From: an uncultured Armatimonadetes bacterium | Lineage (GTDB): Bacteria; Armatimonadota; UBA5829; DTJY01 | Reading direction: 5' to 3' | Assembly: GCA_963717145.1 (NCBI GenBank) | Contig: OY970325.1 | Location: forward strand, 3,968,001-4,032,000 | Length of the DNA: 64,000 nt | Part shown: positions 19,240 through 28,947 of the stretch, in pieces | How the letters are laid out: the number at the start of each line of letters is the position of its first letter | Numbering within the stretch: position 1 is the first letter of the stretch | Notes under the pieces: model-generated | Databases searched by the model: none | The model's input: only the letters and a program-made list of their open reading frames with translations | What the model was told of the DNA's origin: nothing | Made by a program: the position numbers and the translations under genes

Positions 19240-19311
19240 CATGTAGTGGCCGCGCCTCCGTGCCGGCCATCCGGCACTATCAGGCCGGCGCGGAAGCGCG
19301 GCCACTACATG
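19240..19311. repeat. Palindromic repeat family E, copy 1
   Basis: gtagtggccgcgcctccgtgccggcc...ggccggcgcggaagcgcggccactac. Second copy at 27311-27379. Confidence 0.85.
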
Positions 19312-19341
19312 TCGTTGGCGCAAGACGGAGAGCCCTTACTC

Positions 19342-21321
19342 ATGCTGAAGAAGTACCTGCGTTTCATCCTGCCCCTCCTCACAATCCTCCTGTCATCAAT
19401 GGCCTGTGGTCAGGGGCCGACACTCCCGGCGGTCATGGTCTCCGAGCCGCCAAAGCTCGACGGCGAACTCTCAGACTCGTGCTGGAAGCAGGCGACTTCC
19501 GTCAATGACTTCGTTACGACAACTGACGGGGCGGAGGCCGAAGAGCCGACTACCGCATGGCTCTGTTGCGACAAAGCAAACATCTACGTAGCCTTCTACT
19601 GCAAGGATTCCCAACCGGCGCAGATCGTCGCGCAACAGAAGAAGCGCGGCGGCGACGTCAATTCGGATGATTGGGTGGCGTTCACGCTCGACTGCTACCG
19701 GAATTATGTGGCATGCGTCTGGTTCAAGGTCACCCCGCGCGGTGCACAGGTAGAATACCTGCCGAACCGCGGGGAGGTCAGCAATATCGAGTGGCGCGGC
19801 GACTGGCGATCTGCGGCGAAGATCGTCGATGACGGTTACATCGTGGAGATGGCCGTGCCGTTTTCGATCCTCAATTATGATGCGAGTCGGACGAGCATGG
19901 GCATCTCCCTCAACCGCAGGCACGCGCGGACGAGGCTCCAGTGGCGCTCGCCCGATTGCAGCCCGGACCTCGATCCACGCAAGTTCTACGTCTGGGACGG
20001 CCTCCAGCTCCCCAAGACGAAGTCGCGGCCAATGATGATGGCCTACTCACTTCTCGGCACGGGCGAGAGCAACTCCCCGAGGAGAGCCGGACTCGATATC
20101 AAGCACTCGCTGTCCCCCACGATGACCGGAGTCTTGTCGGTGAACCCGGATTTCCGCAACGTCGAGCAGCAGGTCCAAAGCGTCGATTTCACTTATACGG
20201 AACGATACCTCTCCGACAGCCGGCCGTTCTTCCAGGAAGGCGCGGACTACTTCCCCGATTCGCAGATCTTCTATTCCCGGCGGATCGACGAGATCGACGC
20301 CGGCGCGAAGGTGTCCGGCATGATGGGGAACTACGGTATCGGGTTCCTGCACGCCCGGAACTTCGGCACTGACGACAACACCGCCTTGCAGATCCTGCAC
20401 CGGTGGCCGGCGCGCGGGTATCTGGGTGTTTCGGGCGTTCGAAGCATGGTGTCGGGCGGCGAACGCCTTTCCGGCGCGCTTTTTGGACAGTACAGACTCT
20501 ACGATCGGAATGACAGGCGCGTCGAACTCGGCACGGACTACTTCTCCGCCAACACGGCCTCCGGACCCGGACACGGCGGTTACTTCCACACTTCGCTCTC
20601 GTCATCCGGGCCGCCTCGAACGCTGGAATGGGGCATAGGGCACAGTGTCATCGATTCGGACTTCGAGCCGTACCTTGGATTCGTGCCGGAGAAGGGGATC
20701 AAGACATGGAACGTCTACACCGGCCTGGGAGACGATCCGTCGTCCGGCAAGGTCCATGACTGGGGGATCGACCTCTCGGCCTACAAGGCCGACCACCAGG
20801 ACGGATCGCTCTACTACGAGGGGATATCTTTCGGCGCGGACCTCGAATGGGTGAACGGCACGGGCATCGATATCTGGACTGGCATCACGCACCGGCCGCC
20901 GTATCGCGACCAGACGATCGGCATGGGTATTGGCTGGAACAGAAACGACTTGTACAAGAGCGGATACCTGGACGTCAGTCTCGGCAGGCTTGCAGGTGGA
21001 AGCTACCTTTCCTATGAGATCGGGCAGGGCTGGAACATCGGCGACAAACTGAGCCTGCAGATGAACTACGAGCACAGCAGGATCAAGGAGCCGAGCCCGA
21101 ATGCGTATTCCGCGAGCCAGCTCATCGCCGGAATCTCTTATGACCTGAACGACGAGCGCACCATCGGTGGCCGCCTGGTCAGCGAGGAGGGCAACACGAA
21201 TCTCTTCCTCACGTTCAGGCAGCGGGTCAGGTCCGGCACGGATGTCTGGCTGATCTTCGGCGACCCGAACGCGGAGACGACGAGAAGCTCGATCCTGCTC
21301 AAGCTGATCCGACCGCTCTGA
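19342..21321 (+). CDS. CBM9-like/DUF5916 outer-membrane-type protein
   Basis: PPKLDGELSDSCW, NIYVAFYC, GYIVEMAVPFS, VNPDFRNVE, RPFFQEG..F...IFYSRRI. Confidence 0.8.
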   Translation: MLKKYLRFILPLLTILLSSMACGQGPTLPAVMVSEPPKLDGELSDSCWKQATSVNDFVTTTDGAEAEEPTTAWLCCDKANIYVAFYCKDSQPAQIVAQQKKRGGDVNSDDWVAFTLDCYRNYVACVWFKVTPRGAQVEYLPNRGEVSNIEWRGDWRSAAKIVDDGYIVEMAVPFSILNYDASRTSMGISLNRRHARTRLQWRSPDCSPDLDPRKFYVWDGLQLPKTKSRPMMMAYSLLGTGESNSPRRAGLDIKHSLSPTMTGVLSVNPDFRNVEQQVQSVDFTYTERYLSDSRPFFQEGADYFPDSQIFYSRRIDEIDAGAKVSGMMGNYGIGFLHARNFGTDDNTALQILHRWPARGYLGVSGVRSMVSGGERLSGALFGQYRLYDRNDRRVELGTDYFSANTASGPGHGGYFHTSLSSSGPPRTLEWGIGHSVIDSDFEPYLGFVPEKGIKTWNVYTGLGDDPSSGKVHDWGIDLSAYKADHQDGSLYYEGISFGADLEWVNGTGIDIWTGITHRPPYRDQTIGMGIGWNRNDLYKSGYLDVSLGRLAGGSYLSYEIGQGWNIGDKLSLQMNYEHSRIKEPSPNAYSASQLIAGISYDLNDERTIGGRLVSEEGNTNLFLTFRQRVRSGTDVWLIFGDPNAETTRSSILLKLIRPL

Positions 21322-21325
21322 GGGA

Positions 21326-21484
21326 AAATTCGAAATCCGAAATTCGAGATTCGAAACAAGCACGAAGCTCGAATTCGAAATGCGAAGCAGTCTCGAAGCA
21401 CGCAGCAGCAGATCCGCCCGTTTCGGACTTGGGATTTCGAATTTGCCGTTTTGTTTCGAATTTCGAGTTTCGAGTTTCGAATTT
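21326..21484. repeat. Heptamer (ttcgaaa/tttcga) tandem plus inverted repeat
   Basis: aaattcgaaatccgaaattcgagattcgaaacaa ... ttgtttcgaatttcgagtttcgagtttcgaattt. Confidence 0.8.
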
Positions 21485-21499
21485 GCCTTGGAGTATGAC

Positions 21500-22021
21500 A
21501 TGGCACAAGCTCAACTGCACATGGTCAGGCGGGGATTCGACGACCTGCCGGAGATCGAGGTCCCGGAGGGATGCGGCCTGCGGACCTACATCTCCGGCGA
21601 TGAGGCCGCCTGGGCGGAGATCATGAACACGGGCGTCGGCGAGTGGACCGTCGAGCGGGTACGTGAGAACCTCACGGAGATGCCGCAGTTCGTCGCGGAC
21701 GGGCTCTTCTTCGCCACATGCGAGGGTCAAGCTGTCGGGTCGGCGTGCGCGTGGCGGCACGATGCTCAGGAGTGGAACACGGGCGAGTTGCACATGGTCT
21801 GCGTGCTCCCGGAGCACCGGGGGAAGCGGCTCGGGCATCTGTTGACGCTCGCGGTGCTCCACTGGTTCGCGGACCACGGCTTCGAGGAGGTCCGGCTCTC
21901 GACCGACGACCACCGCATCCCCGCGATCAAGTCGTACCTCCGACTCGGCTTCGAGCCCATCATCCCCGACGACGTGTTCCAGGCGCGTTGGGATGCGGTC
22001 TTCGAGGCGATCAAGGGCTGA
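21500..22021 (+). CDS. GNAT family N-acetyltransferase
   Basis: VCVLPEHRGKRLG acetyl-CoA motif; PAIKSYLRLGF. Confidence 0.88.
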   Translation: MAQAQLHMVRRGFDDLPEIEVPEGCGLRTYISGDEAAWAEIMNTGVGEWTVERVRENLTEMPQFVADGLFFATCEGQAVGSACAWRHDAQEWNTGELHMVCVLPEHRGKRLGHLLTLAVLHWFADHGFEEVRLSTDDHRIPAIKSYLRLGFEPIIPDDVFQARWDAVFEAIKG

Positions 22022-22096
22022 GCCAACAGGGATATACAGGATATTCAGGATGGGAGGGCCGGTGATCGCCCCTTCCTTTCACGTGTGATCCGCCGT

Positions 22097-23194
22097 CTAG
22101 CCCCGCCGCCGCCTCAGCCACGGGAGCCCGACCGCAACCAATCCACTTCCCAGCGCCAGCATCCCCGCCGGCTCGGGAACGACATTGTGCCAGAGGATGG
22201 CTACCCCGTGGCCAACGGTCGGATCGACAGCGCAGCCTGCGACCCAGACATCGCTGCCCGTCACCTCTATAGCTCGTGCCTGGGAGTACGTGAAGCGTGT
22301 ATCCAGGAAGCTGTGGAGGTCCACCCAGCTTCCTGACGTCCCGCTCCACATTCCTGCTCGTTGGCCGGTCCCGACGCCAGTGCATCCCACCTGGAATCCG
22401 TTCGAGACGTCCCAAGCCAAAGATGTCGTACTGCCTGAGGGATTGAGGTCTATGAAGCTCTCCGCACTTCCGCTCCACAGGCCGGCGTGGCCATTGCCGC
22501 CGATGTATGCGAAACCTGCCTGCTGCCCGTCGGCTATTCCGTAGGCTGCGGATCTCGTGCAGCCAGCCGGGTTGAGGTCAAGGAAGCTCTGCGCCGTTCC
22601 GCTCCACAGCGCGGCATGGAGGCTGCTGCCGAAGGTCGCGTGTCCGACCTGCTGTCCGCGAGAAGCATCCCAGGCGCTAGACGCATAGGCCCCGGAGGGG
22701 TGCAGGTCGACCATACTCGCTGCCGTTCCGCTCCATAGGGCGGCGTGAGCTACACCGCCGGCAGACGCCATGACATGTCCAACTTGCTGACCGTTGGACA
22801 CACCACGGGCGTGAGAGCTATTCGTTCCAGCGGGATGCAGGTCGACAAAGCTCTCAGCCGTTCCAGTCCACATGGCGGCGTGATCCCGGAAACCAACATA
22901 GGTGTATCCCACCTGCTGGCCATTGGAGACGCCTTCGATCCCGGAGGACGTACAGCCCGGAGGATTGAGGTCCACGACGCTTTCAGCCGTACCGGTCCAG
23001 ATTGCGGCGTGGTAGTTCTGGTAGTTCATATCCAGACTACCCCCTTGCTGACCGCCAGATATGCTATCGGCGAAAGAGCCAAGTGCGCCGGCGGGATTGA
23101 GGCTGACCACTTCCCATCCGGCGAACGTGGAGACGGCGCTTGATATGAAGACAAGAAGTAGTGCGGTGAAACCGAACAAACCCTTTGAGTTCAT
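22097..23194 (-). CDS. PEP-CTERM protein with HAF-like extracellular repeats
   Basis: Signal peptide; repeats of QQVG...HAALWSGTA.S.VDL.P.G; C-terminal VPEP, TM segment, RRRRG. Confidence 0.9.
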   Translation of the reverse strand: MNSKGLFGFTALLLVFISSAVSTFAGWEVVSLNPAGALGSFADSISGGQQGGSLDMNYQNYHAAIWTGTAESVVDLNPPGCTSSGIEGVSNGQQVGYTYVGFRDHAAMWTGTAESFVDLHPAGTNSSHARGVSNGQQVGHVMASAGGVAHAALWSGTAASMVDLHPSGAYASSAWDASRGQQVGHATFGSSLHAALWSGTAQSFLDLNPAGCTRSAAYGIADGQQAGFAYIGGNGHAGLWSGSAESFIDLNPSGSTTSLAWDVSNGFQVGCTGVGTGQRAGMWSGTSGSWVDLHSFLDTRFTYSQARAIEVTGSDVWVAGCAVDPTVGHGVAILWHNVVPEPAGMLALGSGLVAVGLPWLRRRRG

Positions 23195-23253
23195 CCTGAA
23201 CCTCCTTTGTCCAGTCTTGCCAACGGGGGATCGGCCCGCAACCTAACTGCATA

Positions 23254-23270
23254 TGCAAGAATCGTGCCAA
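23254..23270 (-). promoter_or_regulatory. Sigma-54 -24/-12 promoter
   Basis: TTGGCACGATTCTTGCA is an exact match to YTGGCACG-N4-TTGCW, 60 nt upstream of the PEP-CTERM ATG. Confidence 0.8.
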
Positions 23271-23308
23271 AGTGGGCCGCGAGCCGGTAATGTCACCAGG
23301 AATGTGCA

Positions 23309-23339
23309 AACGGGAGGGCCGATGATCGGCCCTCCCGTT
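23309..23339. terminator. Terminator-like hairpin
   Basis: aacgggagggccgat-g-atcggccctcccgtt. Confidence 0.7.
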
Positions 23340-23367
23340 CTTCGCGAATCACCTCATGCGGGGACAA

Positions 23368-23982
23368 CTACCTGCGGCGGCGGAGGCCGAGGAGAAGGCC
23401 GATCGCGCCGGTTCCGAGGACCGCGAGCGATCCGGGCTCGGGCACCGGCACGCACACGGTGTCGATCACCATCTCGTCCACGTAGATCTCGCCCGTGATC
23501 AGGATGCTTTCGACGGTGGGATTCGGCTGCATAGTGATCGCAAACGTCGAGTGTATCCAACCAGTCAGGTTGTCCTCATGTACGAGTTGACCCGATGTGG
23601 CAGTGGTTGTCTCGATCACGAATGGCCTGCACCCGATGCCCTGAGGCGTCCACGTGATGCTTACCCAGACGATCTTCGACGGATTCGGGACGGGGGTGTT
23701 CGGGATGGTCGTTTCGATGTATCCCGAAAGCGGCCACACTCCGATCCTTCCGTTGAGCGCCGGGATCCAACTCATTCCGTTGTTGGGAACGACCGTTGTC
23801 GACGGCATGCCGTACGGATTGTTCAGCAAGGTCGGCAGTGGAGCGGGATCTGGGTCGTTGAACTCCCACTGCTGGAATGTGGTTCCGGGTGATCCCCGCC
23901 AGGGCGCGGGGTTGAAGTCGTCCGCATATGCGAACTGGCAGACGAGGCACAGCAGTGCTGTGACTAACAACAACTTCTTCAC
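23368..23982 (-). CDS. PEP-CTERM protein
   Basis: GTG start after aaggagaa; signal KKLLLVTALLCLVCQFAYA; C-terminal VPEPGSLAVLGTGAIGLLLGLRRRR. Confidence 0.9.
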   Translation of the reverse strand: MKKLLLVTALLCLVCQFAYADDFNPAPWRGSPGTTFQQWEFNDPDPAPLPTLLNNPYGMPSTTVVPNNGMSWIPALNGRIGVWPLSGYIETTIPNTPVPNPSKIVWVSITWTPQGIGCRPFVIETTTATSGQLVHEDNLTGWIHSTFAITMQPNPTVESILITGEIYVDEMVIDTVCVPVPEPGSLAVLGTGAIGLLLGLRRRR

Positions 23983-24239
23983 GATTTGGTTCTCCTTTTG
24001 TGCCGACTCGTAGATCGGCGAATTGGTGATTACAGTCGCAGTCAAAGCGGAGTGCCGCTCGGACTGCGTGAGCATACACCTGTTGGATTAACTGTGATCA
24101 GACAGACGGTGGATGAGTTGAGGAGTGCCCTATCCTGGGGCTTGAGGCGTCCGGCTCGTTGACCTGGACAACCGCCCACCAGCTATATAGACAAGCGATA
24201 TGTCGATATGTCAACCATCGAGTTGGAAAACCGCAAATG

Positions 24240-24360
24240 TAAGAGTTCACGATCGTTGATAGTTGCTTCGCGCGGATGTCATTCTGAACGCAGTGAAGAA
24301 TCCGTTTGCGCACGGCCAGATTCTTCACTGCGTTCAGAATGACATCCGCTATCCTTGATC
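24240..24360. repeat. Palindromic repeat family A, copy 2
   Basis: Near-identical to 14400-14520. Confidence 0.9.
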
Positions 24361-24426
24361 CTGAGCTGTTTCTCGCAAATCGCGTGCTGGACTCAGCGCC
24401 TCGGTCTAAGGTAGAATCGAGGCGAT

Positions 24427-25185
24427 ATGAGGGATGAATCTACCAGACCGAAGGCCGTGGTGCTGCTGTCGGGCGGACTCGACAGCGCGACTGCGGCGGC
24501 GATCGCCAAGGCGGAGGGCTACGAGCTGTACGCCGTCTCGTTCTCCTATGGCCAGCGCCATTCGAAGGAGATCGAGTGCGCCAGGAAGGTCGGCGAGCGG
24601 CTCGGGGTCGCGGGCCACGTCGTAGTCGAGTTCGATCTCCGGCTCTGGGGCGGGAGCGCCTTGACCGATGACCTCGACGTGCCTCTCGATCATCTTGAAC
24701 CGCCAAGACGCCAAGGGCGCCAGGAGGACCAGGAACCGCCAAGACGCCAAGAGCGCCAAGGGGGACAGGAGACCGATATCCCGGTGACCTATGTGCCGGC
24801 GCGGAACACGATATTCCTCTCGTTCGCGCTCGGTTACGCGGAGGTCGTCGGTGCGGATACCATCGTGATCGGCGTGAACCAGCTCGACTACAGCGGCTAT
24901 CCCGACTGTCGGAGTGAGTACCTGCAAGCGTTCGAGCGGATGGCGAACCTGGCGACCAGGGCCGGAACCGCCGACGGACGGCACACACGGATCTACGCGC
25001 CGCTACTCGATATGACGAAGGCGCAGATCATCCGGCGTGGGTTCGAGCTGGGGGTCGATTACTCGCTGACGTGGAGCTGCTACCTGGGCCTCGATGAGCC
25101 CTGCGGGCGGTGCGATTCGTGCATCCTCCGAGCCGAGGGCTTCCGGGCGGCAGAGGCCGTGGATCCGGCAAACAGTAAACAGTGA
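24427..25185 (+). CDS. queC: 7-cyano-7-deazaguanine synthase
   Basis: [38 protein letters not shown]...CGRCDSC.LR. Confidence 0.96.
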   Translation: MRDESTRPKAVVLLSGGLDSATAAAIAKAEGYELYAVSFSYGQRHSKEIECARKVGERLGVAGHVVVEFDLRLWGGSALTDDLDVPLDHLEPPRRQGRQEDQEPPRRQERQGGQETDIPVTYVPARNTIFLSFALGYAEVVGADTIVIGVNQLDYSGYPDCRSEYLQAFERMANLATRAGTADGRHTRIYAPLLDMTKAQIIRRGFELGVDYSLTWSCYLGLDEPCGRCDSCILRAEGFRAAEAVDPANSKQ

Positions 25186-25229
25186 ACAGATGCGTACTCA
25201 GGACTAGCGGGTCATGCTGCGCTCCAGGG

Positions 25230-27281
25230 TTAGGGGTTCATGATGGTTATGCCGGTTGCGCGGAGGAGCCGGTAGAGGTCGGTTCCCGTCTTGGAGCACG
25301 AACTTACCCCGGTGACCTTGACGTACTTGCCAAGCGGCGGCAAGGTGAGTCCCGTGGCTAACACTTTCACACCCTTGTACTGGCTGTTGTCTTGCGCCTT
25401 CGATCCATCATTCACATAGAAGTAGTTGGTTCCGACGTAGCTGACCTCCCCCGAGGTGCATACAAGTAGCCCGATGTTGTTCAGATCGATGGCATCCTTG
25501 ATGCCCTTCTGCCCCGCGCCGGTGGCCGGGTCGTACTCCCAGTCGGCGCCACCGACCCGGCGGTTCACGACGAGCAGTGGCTCCACCGAGCCGTCCCCGT
25601 TGTGTGTCACCGTCGTCGCGTTGATGTACTTCTCGCCGCCGACATTGGTGGAGGGAGTGCCCAGGACATCTGCTTTCATTCCGACCGCCATGCCGTGTCC
25701 CGACTTGTACACGCCGATGCCGGTCGAGCAATCGGCGGCCTCGATGTAGAACGTGCTGCCGAACACGCCTGTCACGATCCCTCCGCTGAGGAATATCGGG
25801 TCGCCGCCGTTCGGTAGCCGCTTGGCATCACAGATGGGGATCGTCGGGTTCACGTAGATGCTGTACGCCTTGATGCAGGCGTTCGTGTTCGAGTAGGACG
25901 AGGTCAGGTCTGACCAGGAGGCGCCGTTCGGGCTGATGTAGCTCTCCCCCGGATGAGCCGTTGCGGTGCTGCTGTAGTTGCCCGCCGGGAATTCCATCGC
26001 GATGGGCCAGTTGTAGCCGGGGGTGGTCAGCTTGATCACGATGGAGAACCTCTGGCCCGGCGAAACCGTCACCGGCGTGTCGAAGACGATCGTGTGGTAG
26101 CCGGCGTCGGTCAGTGTGCCGGTCTTCCGCGACGCCCAGCCGGACGTGTTGATCGGTCCCGAATTGGGATCGACATGGATGTACGCGTCGTAGGTGGTTC
26201 CGGGCGACCCGGCATAGAACCCGGCGGCGAGCATCCGTCCGCTCTCGGCTGAGGTGAAGATGTTCGCGCCCCATGCGGTGTTGCTCCCATAGCCCACGCT
26301 GGACACCCAGCCGAGCGGATCGTATTGGTAGACTCGATCGTAGTTGTTGAGCGCTGAGGCGTTGCAGAAAACGATGTTGTCGTGCGCCACGGTGGTGTCG
26401 TAGTATGACTGGTAGAAGTAGCCGCTCTGTCCCCAGCCTGTCCCCCAGCTATTCCTGACGATGAACGCGCCGTTCGCCGGTGGAACGGTCGAGAACTTGG
26501 TCCTGTCGAAGTTGTCATCCCAGCCCACGATGCAAACGGCGTGGTTCAGGTTGTATGCGCCATTGTAGTAATACGCGCAGTTGCCGCTGTTGTAGTATGT
26601 GCCATCCCACTGGAAGGTATTGTAGACCGCACCGTAGGTCATCACCGCTTGCTTGATCGCGTCGTTATCCGTGTAGCTGCTTCGGTCAGGCAGGAATATG
26701 ACGTCCTGGACGTGCTTCTGGATCGGGAGTCCGGCGGGCGACGTGCAACTGGACTGGTTATACGGATCGCTCACCTCATTGATCGGGCCGCCCCATCTCG
26801 TCAGATATGCCGTCGTCATCTGGTGGTTACCGCCGGCGCAGCACTGGATGTCGAACCCGCTGAGGTTCTTGAGGTTGTTCTCGGAGAAATCCCTCGACTC
26901 GCCCGGCATCAGGCATGATTCCATCGAGCCGTATGCCGCGAACGACCAGCAACTCCCGCAGCCCCCCTGGTTCCTGATCGCCGTGAGCTTCCCCGTCGCG
27001 CGCAGGTCATAGGTTGCGGGAAGGCTGAGGATGCCGCGATCGACCTTTGCATTCTTCATGTGCGAGAGGTCAACGGGCGATGGGATGGCTCCGAGGCCGT
27101 GGCCTTCCCCGGTCAGGGCCTGGATGCCGTCGGAGGAGGCCGCCTGTTGGTACTGCACGAATGCCGGATTCAGAGGCGCAGCGCTCGGTTTCGCGGTCTG
27201 AGCGAAACAGGTTTCCATCGCCAGGAAGATCAGCAGGCAAACGAGGATCACCTGCTCTGAGCGCGTTCTCCGAAGTCCCAT
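25230..27281 (-). CDS. Secreted papain-family (C1A) cysteine peptidase with lectin-like domain and shared C-terminal domain
   Basis: RNQGGCGSCWSF, NHAVCIVGWDD, IVRNSWGTGWG.SGYFY, YQYDPLGW. Confidence 0.92.
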   Translation of the reverse strand: MGLRRTRSEQVILVCLLIFLAMETCFAQTAKPSAAPLNPAFVQYQQAASSDGIQALTGEGHGLGAIPSPVDLSHMKNAKVDRGILSLPATYDLRATGKLTAIRNQGGCGSCWSFAAYGSMESCLMPGESRDFSENNLKNLSGFDIQCCAGGNHQMTTAYLTRWGGPINEVSDPYNQSSCTSPAGLPIQKHVQDVIFLPDRSSYTDNDAIKQAVMTYGAVYNTFQWDGTYYNSGNCAYYYNGAYNLNHAVCIVGWDDNFDRTKFSTVPPANGAFIVRNSWGTGWGQSGYFYQSYYDTTVAHDNIVFCNASALNNYDRVYQYDPLGWVSSVGYGSNTAWGANIFTSAESGRMLAAGFYAGSPGTTYDAYIHVDPNSGPINTSGWASRKTGTLTDAGYHTIVFDTPVTVSPGQRFSIVIKLTTPGYNWPIAMEFPAGNYSSTATAHPGESYISPNGASWSDLTSSYSNTNACIKAYSIYVNPTIPICDAKRLPNGGDPIFLSGGIVTGVFGSTFYIEAADCSTGIGVYKSGHGMAVGMKADVLGTPSTNVGGEKYINATTVTHNGDGSVEPLLVVNRRVGGADWEYDPATGAGQKGIKDAIDLNNIGLLVCTSGEVSYVGTNYFYVNDGSKAQDNSQYKGVKVLATGLTLPPLGKYVKVTGVSSCSKTGTDLYRLLRATGITIMNP

Positions 27282-27310
27282 CGAAACTCCCTTTGCCCTT
27301 GCGAATCGGC

Positions 27311-27379
27311 GAGTAGTGGCCGCGCCTCCGTGCCGGCCATCCCTGTGCTGTGGCCGGCACGGAGGCGCGGCCACTACTC
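27311..27379. repeat. Palindromic repeat family E, copy 2
   Basis: gagtagtggccgcgcctccgtgccggcca...tggccggcacggaggcgcggccactactc. Confidence 0.85.
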
Positions 27380-27501
27380 GAGTTTAGCCCAGCAGCTTCG
27401 GTCTGTCAAGCAATCCCCGCAAAAACCAGTACAATTGCGGGGATATCTCAGATTGCTCGCCAGGCAGCATATAATACTATGAATTGTCAGCACTCGTCAT
27501 C

Positions 27502-27531
27502 TTGACAAGGGCTGACGGACTATTCTATACT
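27502..27531 (+). promoter_or_regulatory. Sigma-70 promoter for the citrate operon
   Basis: TTGACA-N18-TATACT. Confidence 0.6.
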
Positions 27532-27637
27532 GTCGCCGGGAAAGCAACCGGTCCGAACCACGTGCCGGTTTCGAGGGCTGTCATTCTTCGCCGCGCTCAG
27601 AATGACAGCCGGGTAGTCGTAGCGAAAGGAGTTCTTA

Positions 27638-28864
27638 ATGCCTAAGATTTACCTGATAGATGTCACCAACAGGGACGGCGTGCAGGCCTCGAGGATCGGC
27701 ATTGCCAAGCTTCAGAAGACAATGGTCAACGTCCTGCTGAACGAGATGGGCGTCTACCAAACCGAGATGGGTTTCCCATTCACACGCCACGAAGCGAACT
27801 ACATCAATGCCAACCTGGAACTCCAGCAGATGGGCGTCCTGAAGCCGATCGTCCTCGAGGGCTGGTGCAGAGGGATCGTGAAGGACGTCCAGGACGCGTT
27901 CAAGCATACTACGATCAAGGACTTCAACCTTTCGATCTCGACATCCGACCAGATGATCGCGAATAAGTTCAAGGGCAAGCTCGATCGTGACAGCATCATC
28001 GCGGAAACGACCGAGGCCGTCCACGCCGCCCGCGAAGGCGGGGCGCGAACTGTCGGTGTGAACTCCGAGGACGCATCCCGGACGGACATGGGCTACCTCG
28101 TTCGGTTCGCGAAGGCGGTCAAGGACTCCGGCGCGGACAGGATGCGATACTGCGACACCCTGGGGGTTGACGACCCGAACACCATTTATGAGCGGATCAA
28201 CCATATCGCGAAGGAAGTCGGCATCCCGATCGAGTTGCACTGTCACAACGACCTGGGCATGGTGATCGCCAATTCCGTCATGGGCGCGAAGGGCGCGATC
28301 GACGCCGGGGTGGACGCTTTCATCAACACGACCGTCAACGGCGTCGGCGAGAGGGCAGGGAACGCAGACCTGGTTTCCGTTATTCTCGCCCTGAGATACT
28401 CCACCCTGAGGGACCTCAACCTCCTCGACGAGCGAATCGATCTCTCGAAGGCCTGGAAGATCAGCCGGTACGGTTCCCATGCGTTCGGGCTGCCGATCCC
28501 GATCAACCAGCCGGGTGTCGGAGCGAATGCCTTCGCCCACGAGTCGGGAATCCATGCGGACGGCGCGCTCAAGGACCGGAAGAATTACGAGCTGTACGAC
28601 TTCGAGGAACTCGGTCGCGGCGAACCGGAGTGCACTGATACCGGGCGCGTGATCACCACCGGTGAGTACGGCGGGATTCGAGGCTTCCTGAAGGTCTACG
28701 AGGATCTCGGCATCCAGTTCGAGACATCAGAGCAGGCGAGCCGCGGACTGGAACTCTGCCAGTATGCCAACCTGCACACCGGCAAGCCGCTTCACGAGGA
28801 GGAACTGCGGTTCCTGGCGGCGTACCCCGAGCAGGCGGCGAAGATCATGACCGTCACGCCTTAG
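27638..28864 (+). CDS. DRE-TIM (homocitrate synthase-like) enzyme, probable Re-citrate synthase
   Basis: DVTNRDGVQ, HCHNDLG, NGVGERAGNAD, FAHESGIH. Upstream of aconitase and IDH. Confidence 0.85.
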   Translation: MPKIYLIDVTNRDGVQASRIGIAKLQKTMVNVLLNEMGVYQTEMGFPFTRHEANYINANLELQQMGVLKPIVLEGWCRGIVKDVQDAFKHTTIKDFNLSISTSDQMIANKFKGKLDRDSIIAETTEAVHAAREGGARTVGVNSEDASRTDMGYLVRFAKAVKDSGADRMRYCDTLGVDDPNTIYERINHIAKEVGIPIELHCHNDLGMVIANSVMGAKGAIDAGVDAFINTTVNGVGERAGNADLVSVILALRYSTLRDLNLLDERIDLSKAWKISRYGSHAFGLPIPINQPGVGANAFAHESGIHADGALKDRKNYELYDFEELGRGEPECTDTGRVITTGEYGGIRGFLKVYEDLGIQFETSEQASRGLELCQYANLHTGKPLHEEELRFLAAYPEQAAKIMTVTP

Positions 28865-28947
28865 CGCTGTGGTATTCAGAGACGATACCGTTGTAGAATA
28901 AGGGCCAGTGGCGCCAACGCCACTGGCCCATTTGATGGAGGGCAACG

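Noticed and set aside
21326-21484. CRISPR array (also considered for 44928-44977, 48476-48550 and 6083-6197)
   Set aside because: No constant 23-47-bp repeats separated by unique, even-length spacers, and no cas genes.
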